From NCBI GenBank assembly GCA_009103225.1, contig RHPI01001737.1:607131-671130 (forward strand): a DNA stretch of 64,000 nucleotides, written 5' to 3'. The position numbers were made by a program, and so were the translations under genes. This DNA is from Chlorokybus atmophyticus. Its lineage: Eukaryota > Plantae > Mesostigma and Chlorokybus algae. Of this stretch, positions 52,101 through 64,000 are shown piece by piece; positions within the stretch are counted from its first letter, which is position 1; every line of letters starts with the position of its first letter. A model generated the notes under the pieces. It saw nothing but the letters and a program-made list of their open reading frames with translations. It made no database searches and was not told the DNA's origin.

Positions 52101-53050
52101 CAAAGGTCATGTGGTTGGCCCTATGCACATTTTTGCCAACCTGGCAACCAACTTTGCAAATCTCCTAGCTGGCTTGCGCGACAGCATCGAATCACGAGAA
52201 GATCTGCAGCAGCAAGGCCGCATGCCTGAACTCTGGCTAGAGGTACGTATGTAGTCGGCCTCGTTGACATGTGCCATAGTTGGATTTAACCAAGGACTTG
52301 AACCTATGTGCTGCAGACAGAGATGAAGATGAAGGATGGAAAGGAAGTCGCAGTCAAGGTAAAACCCCAGGCTCCATGGACAATCACAGATGTAGGACTG
52401 GTTGAGCAATTGCTCTCCGGCGTGAGGGTTTCAAGCACTTTCGGCTCGAAACTGCAGTCTTTCACAAAGCATTTAGGTGAGATAGCCGTTATATGTTTTG
52501 TGTTTACGCTAAAGCAATGATTCTCCATGNNNNNNNAGCACGCTACAAGGACATCGGTCAGTTCAGAGCAGAGGAAATGGAGAAGAAACTCCGCACCATG
52601 GACTGTGGCGTGTTTACCGTTGGGCGTGACTCAGATGACCCAACCAAGAAGATCCATTGGTATGGCAGGGTGCAATCTTTTGATGTTGTGGTGATAGCTG
52701 GTCGGGAGCACCAGCTGCTCAGAGCTAGGTGGTACATGAGCAACCAAGTCCAGCACAGTGGAGGATTTGCAATCCTAAGAAAAGACAAGCCCCGCTTTGC
52801 AGAACAAACCTACCTTGATTGCAACCTGGTAAGTGGCTGTGTTGCAATCGTTTTGGCGTGTGCTTGGTGTGATGATAGTAAATTGAAATAGTAGTATGAA
52901 AATGGCTGATGAATATCCCTTCTTGCTGGCAGGTCAAGGGCCAGTGGTTTGAGGGAATTGATCCCCATGACAACAAAGTAATAGTAGCGTGTGTTAAAGA
53001 CAGGCGCAGTCTCATGCGTCGAGGCATGCACCGGGACACTCTGGTAAGAG
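49155..53050 (+). CDS. CACTA TnpD-like transposase (Transpos_assoc, Transposase_21, DUF4216-like), spliced and possibly defective
   Basis: IRRCFCRDCKG; SDSPMFK..FAKEPRNVRLAMFIDGMSPF; VLNLP..AAVIPGPKQPENLQAYLKPIIDQL; IHDYPG; CSKC..YQGHRRYLPDDHPYR; GPMH in place of the usual DxMH; WYGRVQ..RARWY. An N gap at 52530-52536 lies where DUF4218 would be expected. Confidence 0.88.
50769..50920. repeat. 61-bp tandem repeat (2 full + 1 partial) in a transposase intron
   Basis: CGTGGCGCTGAGGCGGCATGTAAGACCTCGGTGTCCTTGCCTGTGTTTGTTTGTGTGTCGG repeated. Confidence 0.9.
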
Positions 53051-53139
53051 GAGAGTTAACAACGTTGTCCATTAGAATCTGGATGTCCTCATATATCCTG
53101 GGTTTTGGCATCGCATACAACCATCTTGTGTACTTGGTG

Positions 53140-55173
53140 CAGGGTGCTCAAAGCGAAACCAATAGCGCCTCGAGCGCGGTGTCATGGACCACACGCCGCG
53201 ACTGGCATTTTGAGTACAAGAGGTACTGTTTGCGATTGTGATGCCTCGTATCCCTACTGTGAGACTGTAAACCTGGCCACTGAACCTTTGTTCACAGGAT
53301 GAGACCGAGACTGGTGCTGGATGCGTTGGAACATCGGGAACATGAAGACTACTGCTTTGTCTGCAAGGATGGGGGCACCATATCTGGCTGCGATGTGGAA
53401 GGTTGCTGGAAAAGCTACCACGCGCACTGTGTCTCTATGCCACCTGTGGAGGATGAATATTGGGAGTGCCCAAGGCATGAGTAAGTGGACTTCATTGCAG
53501 CAAATGCTTGGCATCTTGTTGTGAGGAACTTCACTCCTAGAACCATCATCACTTGTACTGAACCAAAACACAGGTGCCATGTGAAGAACTGCAACGAAGC
53601 AGCTTTTCAAGTCTGCGCGACGTGTGCAAACAGCCTCTGTCGACGGCACGCTGTGGGTAGCATGGTTGAGGTTACGTGTTCGCGATGCGCTGCGTACGAA
53701 GAAGGTGGTGCTCCAGCGCAGCTCCCAAGGGAGAGCCTTGCTCGTCGTTCTCTGCCGGGCAGTTGCGGTAGGGTTTCACAACCTGTGCAGAGTGGGGTTC
53801 AACACGTTGAAGAGAGTGGGGATGAGGCTAACAATGGTAAGCTGCTGTGTGCTTGAGCTTGTTGATTTGCGTTGTGGTTCTTGCCCAATTGAACCATTTA
53901 TGGCTGCAGAGGCAGTCACGATGGAAGTTGACGATGAAGACGAAGAGGGCTGTAATCAGCAACCCACGACGGCTGCGGCAGTTGTGGACCTCGTGGGCAG
54001 CGATGATGATATCATGGTGCTGGACGATCCAGTCAGCAACCCGCAGCCGTCAACACCGCAGCCACTGTTCATTTACCCTAGTGCAAGTGCACGTGATGCG
54101 GTGCCAGTGCTTGAAACGGACAGGAGGTTGCTGGATGGCAGACAAGAGCTCAATGACACCATCCTCCACTTCTTTTGCAGGTATGTGATTTGTTGCGTCT
54201 GTGTTATTCGTGTATCTCATATGTACGTGGGATGCACATGCAGATACAAGGAAGAGGAAATCTTAGGCAGAGCAGATGGCATTCAGGTGAAGCTGTTCCA
54301 CCCGCATTTCTACACCAAGATCGTGCGCTGCCATAGACAAAATGACTGGCACACGAGCAATCACAGGATAGACAGGTGGGAGAGTGATCCGTTTGCCAAG
54401 GACTTGCTGGGAGTGATTGTCAACCCAGACACGCGGTGAGAATAAGCGCCAAGAATATCTTGCTGAATTGCTGCTGTATTTGCAAACTGGAATTATTTTG
54501 ATTGTCCACAGGACTCACTGGAGTCTGCTGCTTGTGTGCAATCCTGGAGGCCAACTTGGAAGTGACACGCCGCCTTTACTCGTCCATCTCGACTCCCTTG
54601 GCCTGCATCGCAACGTTGATGGACCTATGCGCGCTTACCTTGACTACATGTGGGGCAGAAAGCATGGAAGTGACTCACAACGACGCTTCTCTCCCGAAAA
54701 CGTACAGCTTCTTGTACCACAGGTAGCACACGTTGCATTGCACTAGTGATGAGTTTGCATGCATTCTGTCACAAGCACTGATTGGATGCATGCACATGCA
54801 TTTGGTTTGCAAGCATTGACACATGTTTGTGCAGGTCCCTCAGCAGAAGGATGGAGTTGCGTGCGGGTTGTTTGTCATGCTTTATCTTGACAAGTTTATA
54901 GATGGGGTACAAGCTGGTCCAATTGACCCAAACGCACGGATATTTCAACAGGTACAGTTCATGCATGTGCACTGCAATGTTTACAAGTGGAAGGTGCTTC
55001 AATGGCACTGTCGTGTAGGCCGACACGTGCTTAGTAACCACATGTTATTGCTGTGTGGTTGTGTGCAGATGCAAAGGAGTTGGTTTCATCCTCAAGTGGC
55101 AGACAGGTTGAGAAGACGATTGCGAACACTCATGGACAGTATGTTAGCACAGCAAAGACATGAGTTGAGCTAG
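53140..55173 (+). CDS. PHD + C5HCH-like zinc fingers and Ulp1/SENP (C48) protease, inside the CACTA
   Basis: EDYCFVCKDGG..GCDVEGCWKSYHAHC..WECPRH-CHVKNC..CATCANSLCRRH..CSRC; ELNDTILHFF..FHPHFYTK..HWSLLLVCNP..LDSL..VPQQKDGVACGLFV (His, Asp, Gln-Cys). Confidence 0.85.
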
Positions 55174-57462
55174 TAGTAGCAGGTGGTGTGTAGCATAGCA
55201 ATGCTGTAGTCCATATCAGAGCTGTCCCCCACCATCAACTCAAACCAGCTGTGTAGAATTGCTGAGCAACTCTGGCTGTGACATATACTAGACTGTATAT
55301 TAGAATTAGCAGTGCAATCTACTTGGTTTTCAATCACATTCGAGACTTGACCAAAATGAGAGTATATGTTTATTCGTGTGGGGTTGAATATTCACTCACC
55401 GCTAGGAGTTAGTGCAAAACGTATTGGTTGGTTTTGGAATGGTGTAGAAAATTCACTCAAAGCTAGGACTTAGTGTGAATCGTATTGCGTAGTTTTAGAT
55501 TGGTGTTGAATGTTCACTCACATCTGTGGCATGAAACTGATGAAGGTTATGAATATACATGTGTGACAAGCTGATCAACTGATTATTCACGGGTAGTTGG
55601 GACTTGGTGAGTTTAAGCTGTTTGTTATAGCCACAAGTCTATGCCCCTTCATGAATGTTCAGGCAATGTATAGCTGAATATTTAGCAGAGCACATGCTGT
55701 GTCCATTCACAATTGCATGCCCTTGAACATTTAACCGATTTCAACTGAATATACGAGGTATATGGGTTTTGAAAGGTGGCATTGATTTATCATGTGGATT
55801 CACGCGATTTATAGTTGAATGTCGCGATTTCGTTGTGGCAGGGATTGCACAGAATGTACGAAAACACTTGAATATTCACTCGATAAAAAGCTGAAACGGT
55901 AAATCAAACGAATATTCAGTGCGTTTGCCGTGAATTTTCATAAATTCGGGGGTCTCATAACTACCGGTGCTTGTTGCTGTTAAACAGTGTCCACTTGTAC
56001 TCCTTCTCAAGGACATGCTTGATCTTGGTGACGTTCTCAGACCGGACATGCGTAGCTTTCTTCAGGGCGACACTCCAGTGGAAGGGGCACTTCTTGGGAG
56101 TCCAGTACACCTCATAAAACTTGGCCGCATCAGTCTCGTCGTCATGGTCGAAGCCAACTACCTGTCACGGGCAGGTTGGTCAGTGTCACGGTGCAGTGCG
56201 GTTATGAAGCATTCACAGCACCTGACACATGACGTTACGAATAGTGTCCTCCTTGGGATAAACGTGGCTCTCTACCAAGTGGCCGTTTATGATTTCAACG
56301 ACGGCATCTCGCAAATGCTGTCCACAGAAGAACAATCCGTCACACACATACACACAGTGTCACAGTGTCACACAGTGCTTACCTCGTTGCCAATCTTCCA
56401 CTTGCTCGGAGAAGGGTTGCTGACGGCCGAGGTTGCCACGTCACGGCCAAATGCGTTTGGGTTGGGGGTTCCAATCGACCCTCTGCAAGCACAACCACAC
56501 GAGTCATGCTGCCAGCCATGAAAGATGCAACCCTCACAATTGCAAAAGAAGAACAACGTGCACAGTGTATCCAGAACGCATGCAGTGAGTCACTGTGCTA
56601 GTCATGAAAGAAGCAAGCATCCAAGTATAAGGTTGAGCAAGAAGCAACGTGCACAGTGCATCAAGAACGCATGCAGTCTAGCTTGCCCTTGCGACTGCGG
56701 TGTCAGGTAGAGTTGTTGTGATGTGTTGGGCGTTAGCGCGGGGTCTTGCTGCGATTGGTTGGCGACGGTTGCCTGACTGAACACTGGGGGCAATGTGGAC
56801 AACTTGCGCTGACCTCCACGACGAGGTGCACTTACGGATGGACCACGAGGCATCTCTCCAACTGATAGTCGGGTGCCGCCTGTTTAGCTGTAAGTGGCGC
56901 TGCCGCCTCCAACGCTGCCGCCGCCGGTTGGCCCGCCCGAATGTATGAGGCGCGAAAACGAAAATGAGGCGGTTTTGAACGTCTAGAGTCCCGCACTAGA
57001 GTCGCACTTGTAGTGCGTCCTTGCTCCTATGGTTGATGGTACGACTTATGCATTCGTGCCATGCATGCTTCGTACAACCATTGTTACCAATGGTTGTGTC
57101 GTAACATTTATGGTACGGCAGAGGCATCTCTCGTCCAACCTCAGCGATTGCCGTACAATGGCTCTATCGTACCATCCATGGTACGACAGAGGCATTGCTC
57201 GATCAGCCCAAATGGGAGTTAGCATGCACTCACCCAAACACGCTTCATTGATGGCCGGATGATGGCACGCAGGGGCACCAGGTCGATGACGGGTCGAATG
57301 TCAGGCTTGATGGGCCTGGGTTCGACTAGGAGGCGGAGGACCAGGAGTCGGAGGAGGCGGCGGCGGCGGCGGCGGCGGCGTGGCACATCTTGCGAGAAGT
57401 TGTGGTCGTAAGAGTTCAAGCAGCGAAGCCCGCTACTACCGGTCGCCACGTCATGGATCATG

Positions 57463-60400
57463 GCAGGCGTCAGCAATGGGGCTGTCCAACATGCATCACC
57501 AACATTAAACAAACCAGCAGGCAAGCCATAAAAGACCATCTTCACACAGAGAGCTGCTTGATGGCTCGTTTTCTGCAACAGGGAGTGGATCAGGAGCTGC
57601 AGTCCTTGGAGCCCCTTGTCAGAACCATGCGGGACCAATTGCGGCTGTGGGAACAAGCACAAAGGAATGCAGAGGTACGCTCAACAGACACATGCATTTC
57701 CTTGCAAGAGCAATTTGTTTTTTAGCGCAGTCCATGTGATATATGTAGCGTGGCTGCAGGCCTCCACTATTCACCCATACCCACCCTACAGTCAAGCCGA
57801 CATTGCGAAAGCAAGAGCAGATAGACAGAGCTGGGCGGCGGTATGTTGTTGCCAATCTCGCTGTGCATGTTAACTGCAATGTCGGCTCCAATGCGTGCCT
57901 ACCTTTGCATGCTAGGATGTACGTGAGCGTGCGAAGTCGCGCGCGCGTGCCGAACGAAGTAGGCTGGGTTTGAGCAGAGGAGCGCGTGGCCATTCGTCCG
58001 GCATTTAAACAATAGTGCATCAACCAGCAATGACGCAGTCCATGCAATCATTCGTGCATCAACCAGCAATGCCGCAGGTGACTGTTCGAAGCAACCAACT
58101 GATGACGGTGTGACGCAGTTGACTATTGCAATTGCAGTGTCGCAAGCATGCAGCTAATCCACATGTGATTGGTTGACAGCACCACAGTGCACTAAGTCTT
58201 GTTAGAGCTCCTATGCAAGCCTGGATTCAATCCCATCAACTGGTCCTTCAATCCCACTTGCTGATGGGCGCGGCGGCAATGCGGCATCAGTTTAACATGT
58301 ATGTTGGCCTGTTGAATCCCGACATGTCCATTGGGGCAGTGGCGCATGATGTGTCCATGGCTCACGAGCTCCGTGACGAGTCTGCCATCGAGGGTGGCGG
58401 GGAGAGTGCAGCCAATACCACCTTGTCAGCCCCCATGGCTTCCCCTGCTCCATGCAGCCCACGGGCCATTGAGGTAAGTCGCTGTCTTTTATGCTCGTGC
58501 CTTGGTAACAATGCGTCAGGCACTGCATAAGCTTATATTCGTCCTTTGCAACATTGTGAGCCATCTTCCTGGGTCCTGTATACAGCCCCCCTTGCTGCAT
58601 GCACAAGTGGTCTCATCTGCAGCTCCTGCTCCCCTCCCAGCCAGAGCGCAACCACCTTCCGCGGCACCAGTCCTTCGTGCACTGCCATCTCCGCCACGAG
58701 CAGCACCGGTGATTGCGGGGCAACAATCCTTCTTGCTGCCACCGGCGAGACCACAGCACAATGCAACAACTGATGTGGCTTCTGCACCTACCTTACCCCA
58801 CCCGCTGCAAGTTGAAGCCGGCAGTCTGCCCCAAACTCAGGTACTTTATCAGTCACTGTGACTCTTGCCGTCCACAGTTGGACACACCATGTGAGTGCTG
58901 TATGCGCATGCAGCAGGGGTCACCACCTGCCAGCGAGTCATCAGAGGAGCTGGCCGCAACCCGCATACGGCCATCAGTCATGCTAGGTGGCCAGCTCGCC
59001 TCATGGGACCACTTCAATGCGCCAACGGATGGTAATTGCTTCTACCATTGTGTATTTCGCGCCAGGCCATCCATAGCGCAAAGTGTCCTGGATGAGCACA
59101 AGTGCCCCAGCTCGAGCAGATTTTGGGCCATGCTGGACACCATGGACGACGGCAGGGGGCACACTCTCCGCAAAATTACTGCCAAGGCTGTTGATGCAGG
59201 CGTGGCGAGCAGAATCCTAGACTTCTGCAGAGCCACTTGTGCCGCGAGAGAGATGGCGCAGTATTACGACAAACTGCCTGCGACCATGTTGGCTGATATC
59301 AACTGCAACATTGACCTAGCCATGGCCAAGGTGCGACAGATCGTGCGGAGAAAAGATGTGTACGTCGAGCACCTGCAGATGACCATGTTTGCCAACAAGC
59401 TGGGCTTGTTGATTGGCTGCGTGACCGTCCAGCGCGAGCATGGGGAGTGGGTACCACGGCCCGGCAGCGCAGTTTGGGTTGGAAATAAAGAAGCCCCCAA
59501 CTCAGTCCTGGTGGTGGGCAACATTGCTCCTGATGAGTTCGAGGCACACTTTTGGCTCCTCAAGCCTGCAAGCACCGAACAGTGGTCGTGGCCTATGCAT
59601 GAAGTGCCACCGGAGGTAACACACCTGATCGGAGAGTTGCGGAATGGCGATGCCAATTCCCCGCTACCACCGGCTGTGACCCAGTGTGCTGCGCCCACGC
59701 CTCAGGCCTCGCCTTCGTGTGTTAGGCAAGAAGTAGCCGAGTGTTCTGCACATCCTGCCTCCCCTCAACCACAGCCACATGCTCGCAATCCCAATTCAGC
59801 ACCCTCCCTTCCTGCCGCGGAGACTCACTTGCCACCGCACTCTGACCATCCGGAGGCATCTCCATCAAGAAGCAGCTGTAGCTCGCCCTCTCCTTCTAAG
59901 CTTGCCACATTGATCCCAGCTTGTCTTGTTGGTAAAGAGATTGATCGAGGTGTCCTGAAAGCTGCGCTAAAAGACAAAGGCTTCATGCTCGACCTCATGA
60001 AGCAACATGAGGTCGTGGAGGAACGGGAGGCAACCAACAAGCGCAAGGCTGTGGAGCAAGAAGATAACGCCTTGCCTCCTCTGAGTGACAGTGCCACGGA
60101 GAGCGCCTGCCAGGATGTGCAGGGTGACAAAAACAAAAAACAGAAGGTTGTTGGAACAAAGGACGCTGACTGGACCAAAAAAGGAAAGGTGAGGCATCGT
60201 TACAACATTAGAAGAAGCACAGCGCCTTGAAGCCTCACTGGGGCTGATTGTGTGTCCTGAGTAGGCACATGCGGGTTTACAGCGTCAAGTGGTTGCTCAG
60301 CATCGTCCAGAGAGACAGCCGGTGCGGCACGAGCTGCCTAAGCTCAAAGCACCGACGCGCAGACGCTTTTGGGGGCTGACTCGTAGTGCAAAGGAGTTGA

Positions 60401-61191
60401 TCACCCTACAGTACGCCCAAGACGCGCGGCATCACGGCATACGGCATGCCTCGAGGTGGGTGACGAAAGTTTGCAACAAGTGGGAGCAAACGCGGAGAAT
60501 GCGGTCTAAATAGACCTCTGGGGATTGGCCGTGGTTGGAACCCATACACGATATGGCCATCCGTAGTACGTTGTTGCCCCTCGCCGTCCTCGATATGATG
60601 GTGTTGTTGCTGCCGCAGCACCCCGGCAATGTGCAAGAGCTATCTGCGGAGCAGAACTTCGACCTGCTGCAGCAGATGTACCTGTCGATGTCGACTAATG
60701 CGGGTCGAGATGTGTGCCACTACCTGAGCAAACATACTGGGTGGCAAGTAAAACCATTCGAGCTGTACTTGGCGTGCTTTGGCTGGCAGTGGCTGTATGT
60801 CATACGGCACGTCGAGCTGATTTTGTGGAAGCTTGAAAAAAATGACGATGGGGGGGAATACACGAGTGACGACAGCCATGTCGAGGGCCTGGATGAACGC
60901 ATGCTGGACGAGACCACCAAGACCAGCAGGTGGTGTATGGTGGCAGATGGGCGTCAGGTGATCCAGCAGGCAGTGGAGCGTTATGCTGCGCCATTCAGAT
61001 GGGAGTCGCTACGCCTGCAACGCAATAACAGAATTTGGTGGCAGAGGCAGCTTGCACACCCGCGTGCACCATGTGTGCTGATTTGTCGCATTGAAGAGCC
61101 ACCCCCCGCAAGCGGATGGGGAGACGCCCTGTTGCAAGAAAGCGATGTGCCATGTCTGCATCATAGCACATTAGAAGACTGTGGCAAATAA
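57463..61191 (+). CDS. Large spliced TE-associated gene with an OTU-like cysteine protease domain; one in-frame TAG
   Basis: APTDGNCFYHCVF ... EAHFWLL in 58982-59570. An intron at 60190-60280 joins it in frame to 60281-61191, with TAG at 60511-60513. Upstream exons and start are uncertain. Confidence 0.6.
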
Positions 61192-61783
61192 ATCAAAGAT
61201 TCCACAAGGGTGTCCATTCTGCAAGCAACCTCACCCGTTTTGGTCGCCACGCCTGATGCAAGACGCCAACGTGTCGGCGGTGATTTGGCCCCCGCCTTGA
61301 TGCCAATTGTGCATGTATTGTAGTTTTGTGTTGGCTTCCTGTGAACCATGTAGGTACATGTATAGTTGCAGCATGGTGCATGGTGCACCAGAGATCTGCT
61401 GTTGTTAGAAGCATTGGCTGTACATGTGTATGATGACTGCCCGGCGCATGAGTCAGTGCATGGCTTGCATACCTCGCTGGTTTAGAGCATGGTTGACAGC
61501 AACAAACTCGGACAGCGCTCTGGGTTCCATGGCATGACAGCACAGTATAACTCTACGATCGTGGTAGTCAGCGAGTATCCTTGTAATGTAGTACCATTCA
61601 CAGATGGAGTACCATTCATGTTGATGCAGTACCATGCATGGTACTGCAATAGCGTATAAGGTACAGTCGTGCTTCACTTGAAGTTTGACCCATTTAGGGT
61701 TCGTAAGATGGCAACCCTAAATTGATGCCCATACCCTAAAGTCTCGCTCAGTTTGTGGGCAGCCGTGCCGATTCCTATTTTGC

Positions 61784-63509
61784 ATGATGTCGGCGGCAGC
61801 AGTTGAATCACCCTCACCTAGGAGACCATGCTTGGTGTGCCCACAATGCAATGCGTACGTATGTGCCAATGGCCGTAGGCAGCAAATGCGAGCACACTTG
61901 ACCGAATGCCAGCGAGTGCAGACAGTGTGCCACGGTTTTAGTGCTGCTTGTTGGCATCACACCACACACAATGTCGACGTGTTTGGCTGCCGCCTCGGCC
62001 AAGTGCTGTGCAAGAAACCCGAGTTTTTCCATTGCGTGCAGTGCGTGTGCGAATCGTGCTCGCGCTCATGCTTCGAGTGGCGAGGGGAACCCATGCGCTT
62101 CTTCACATGGACAACACCGGGACATGTGGTTAGTGGACAGGTGGTGGATGCTGTGGAGGTAATCCACGAGAGTGGACCGCGACGTATCACTGCATGTTAT
62201 GTTGGGCGTATGCTTATTTCATGCATGTTGAAGCTGTTGTCGCATTTAGAGCAGTCTTGCACGGTGTGGGCGTGGGCAGTTCCATCCCCTGGCCGCTGTA
62301 GAGGAGGCAGACCATCGACCATTGGACAGCGCACTGCATCGGCTGCGAAACGCAGTTAAGTTGGGATGCGAGCAGCTGATCGGTATGAGTGTCATGGTGC
62401 ATTGGCCGCTGGATGGGGAATGGTATGCGGGCGTTGTGGAATCATTCAAGCAAGCGTCAGGTCAGCATCGCTTCGTGGCGTGCGAGATTGAGGACGCATC
62501 ATATATGCATGGTGCAATGGAAAATGTCTTTGCAGGGCACCGTATAGTATTCGATGACGGTGATCGACCACAAACCATCAACTTCAACGGGCACAACGTA
62601 TTCGCGTACACATCAGTTGACGGGGCACGCCATGTTCTGCGCGCCGGAGGGGAGACCGTCAGTTGCAAAGTAAGCCCGGACGGCATCATTGTTAGTCCCT
62701 GGCCAGCACCACGGCCAGCCTTGACCACATACACGCCATTTGACAACAAGCTGGGACGCACACGCAGACCAAGGGCACTCGACCTATTCTGCGGCGGTGG
62801 CGGTGCCAGTGTCGGTCTATACCACGCAGGCTTTGACGTGACCGGGATGGACATAAGTCCCTCCTCTGAGTACCCGCTGCCCTTCATACACCGCGATGTA
62901 TGCACCCTGAGTGCAGGAGAGCTGAGCGAGTACGAGCTCATCTGGGCCAGTCCACCATGCCAGGCCTATTCAGGTGCTATCTCGGCACCTCAACGGGCGG
63001 CACATGGCACATTCTGAAGACACCATGATATGATACCGCTCGTCCGACGTCTGCTGCTTTCAAGCCAGGTCAAGTTTGTGATTGAGAATGTGCCAGGAGC
63101 AGCTTCCTCATTCAGACCCAATCTGTCCCTTTGTGGCACGATGTTTGGCCTATCAACTTTCCGACACCGTCTGCTTGAGACACAGCCAGTGGTAGCTACC
63201 CCACCAGCACGCTGCTCGCACGCGGGCAAGGCAGTTGGACTGCCATCGCCGCACCTGTCCGCTAGCGCGAAGAAGACAATCGTGACATCAAACGCGCCAC
63301 AGCAGATGTACCCGGTCTATGGCCTTCCAAGCACCAGGGGCGGCATTGCTGCGTGGCAAACAGCGCTGGGAGTGCCATGGATGACCTCGGCCGTTTCCAT
63401 AGCGAATGCAGTTCCTCCCGCAATGGCGGAGTGCATAGGGCGTCTCATGCTTGAAACAATGGATATGCGCTGTGACTACCCTCCTGTGTCATGGAACTAT
63501 GAGGCTTGA
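61784..63509 (+). CDS. Cys-rich domain + Tudor + C5 cytosine DNA methyltransferase; one in-frame TGA (63015-63017)
   Basis: Tudor: LIGMSVMVHWPLDGEWYAGVVESF..HRIVFDDGD. MTase motifs: I ALDLFCGGGGAS, II GMDI, IV WASPPCQAYS, VI FVIENV, VIII RHRL, X IANAVPPAMAECIG. Confidence 0.88.
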
Positions 63510-64000
63510 GTGTGGTGCACTGTATTGATGCTTAATGCCACACGGCGGACTGATTGTTGAATGTTGCATGGATCATTCGATTGTGGTGACAGTTGTGCAG
63601 TGACAGCTGCCCGGTATTGTACACGTCCACATGCAAAAGTCTTAGCATACGATTAGCAATGCCTAACTGACTGATATGCTCTAAACTCAGAGTAGTGAGA
63701 CAAGTACATGTGTCATGTGGAAGTGCAGTGAACGTTCACCCAATACTTGCCCTCTTGTACACGGGCGCTGTCCTTGTCAAACATGGGGAGCAGCTGGACA
63801 ATGCCTTTTATGTTGAAAGACTAGCATGCACATGTAGTTGAGGCAAGCATGGACACACAGAGACAGAGCTACCGCCACCAGAGCATACACAAGTCACATC
63901 ACATTCATCTATTACAAGTTGTCCGCTGGTTCTTATACCAGCCAGTTACACACACGTCTACATTTGCAAGCACTGCGTAAGCTATACTCAGCCTTTTGAC

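Larger units (their letters stand above)
42166..55969 (+). mobile_element. CACTA/EnSpm DNA transposon, 13.8 kb
   Basis: Imperfect ~57-bp TIRs starting CACCGGTA. 3-bp TSD CTT (42163-65, 55970-72). Subterminal TTATTCAC/GAATA repeats. Transposase_21-type ORF. Confidence 0.95.
41215..56853 (-). pseudogene. Spliced gene of unknown function, disrupted by the CACTA insertion at 42166-55969
   Basis: Removing the element and one CTT rejoins EKEYKWTLFNSNK-R-N/LHTHVLIWP via a GTAAGT donor. Upstream exons at 55973-56161, 56222-56317 and ~56380-56500; downstream exons at ~41995-42105, ~41725-41908 and 41215-41602. In-frame TGA at 41333-41335. Start position uncertain. Confidence 0.7.

Noticed and set aside
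56162-56221. Four clustered in-frame TGA codons suggesting recoding or heavy CpG decay
   Set aside because: They lie in a 60-nt GT-AG intron with an ACTGAC branch-like motif; splicing removes them.
61693-61742. Telomeric repeats (TTTAGGG / CCCTAAA)
   Set aside because: Only three isolated units in mixed orientation; at most telo-box-like promoter motifs.

Overview
Eukaryotic, intron-rich green-lineage DNA. Plant-type PLAT-LOX sequence, plastid transit peptides and a homologue of the At3g59780-type rhodanese protein suggest a green alga, possibly an early streptophyte (inference). The main result is an oxylipin locus in which a plant-type lipoxygenase is split between two head-to-head genes. 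One gene encodes transit peptide + PLAT + the N-terminal half of LOX, stopping at the conserved ...PVAIQL...LYTP, fused within a single exon to a full-size atypical CYP74-like P450. The other encodes a separate transit peptide followed by only the C-terminal half of LOX, starting at TP..NWTWQLAK and carrying all five iron ligands. This two-gene module occurs twice as an inverted duplication. Copy 2 (24.9-35.2 kb) is intact. Copy 1 (8.8-16.9 kb) keeps the fusion gene, but its half-LOX is a pseudogene. The rest is transposon-rich: pogo-like elements, a decayed CRE-type retroelement with nested MITEs, an L1 fragment, and a 13.8-kb CACTA element (CACCG termini, CTT TSD) carrying PHD-C5HCH and Ulp1 modules. 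That CACTA is nested in a larger gene-bearing block encoding an OTU-like protease and a Tudor-fused, phage-like C5 cytosine methyltransferase. All gene models were built by eye. The very long (TC)n, (GA)n and poly-C runs are probably assembly artefacts.
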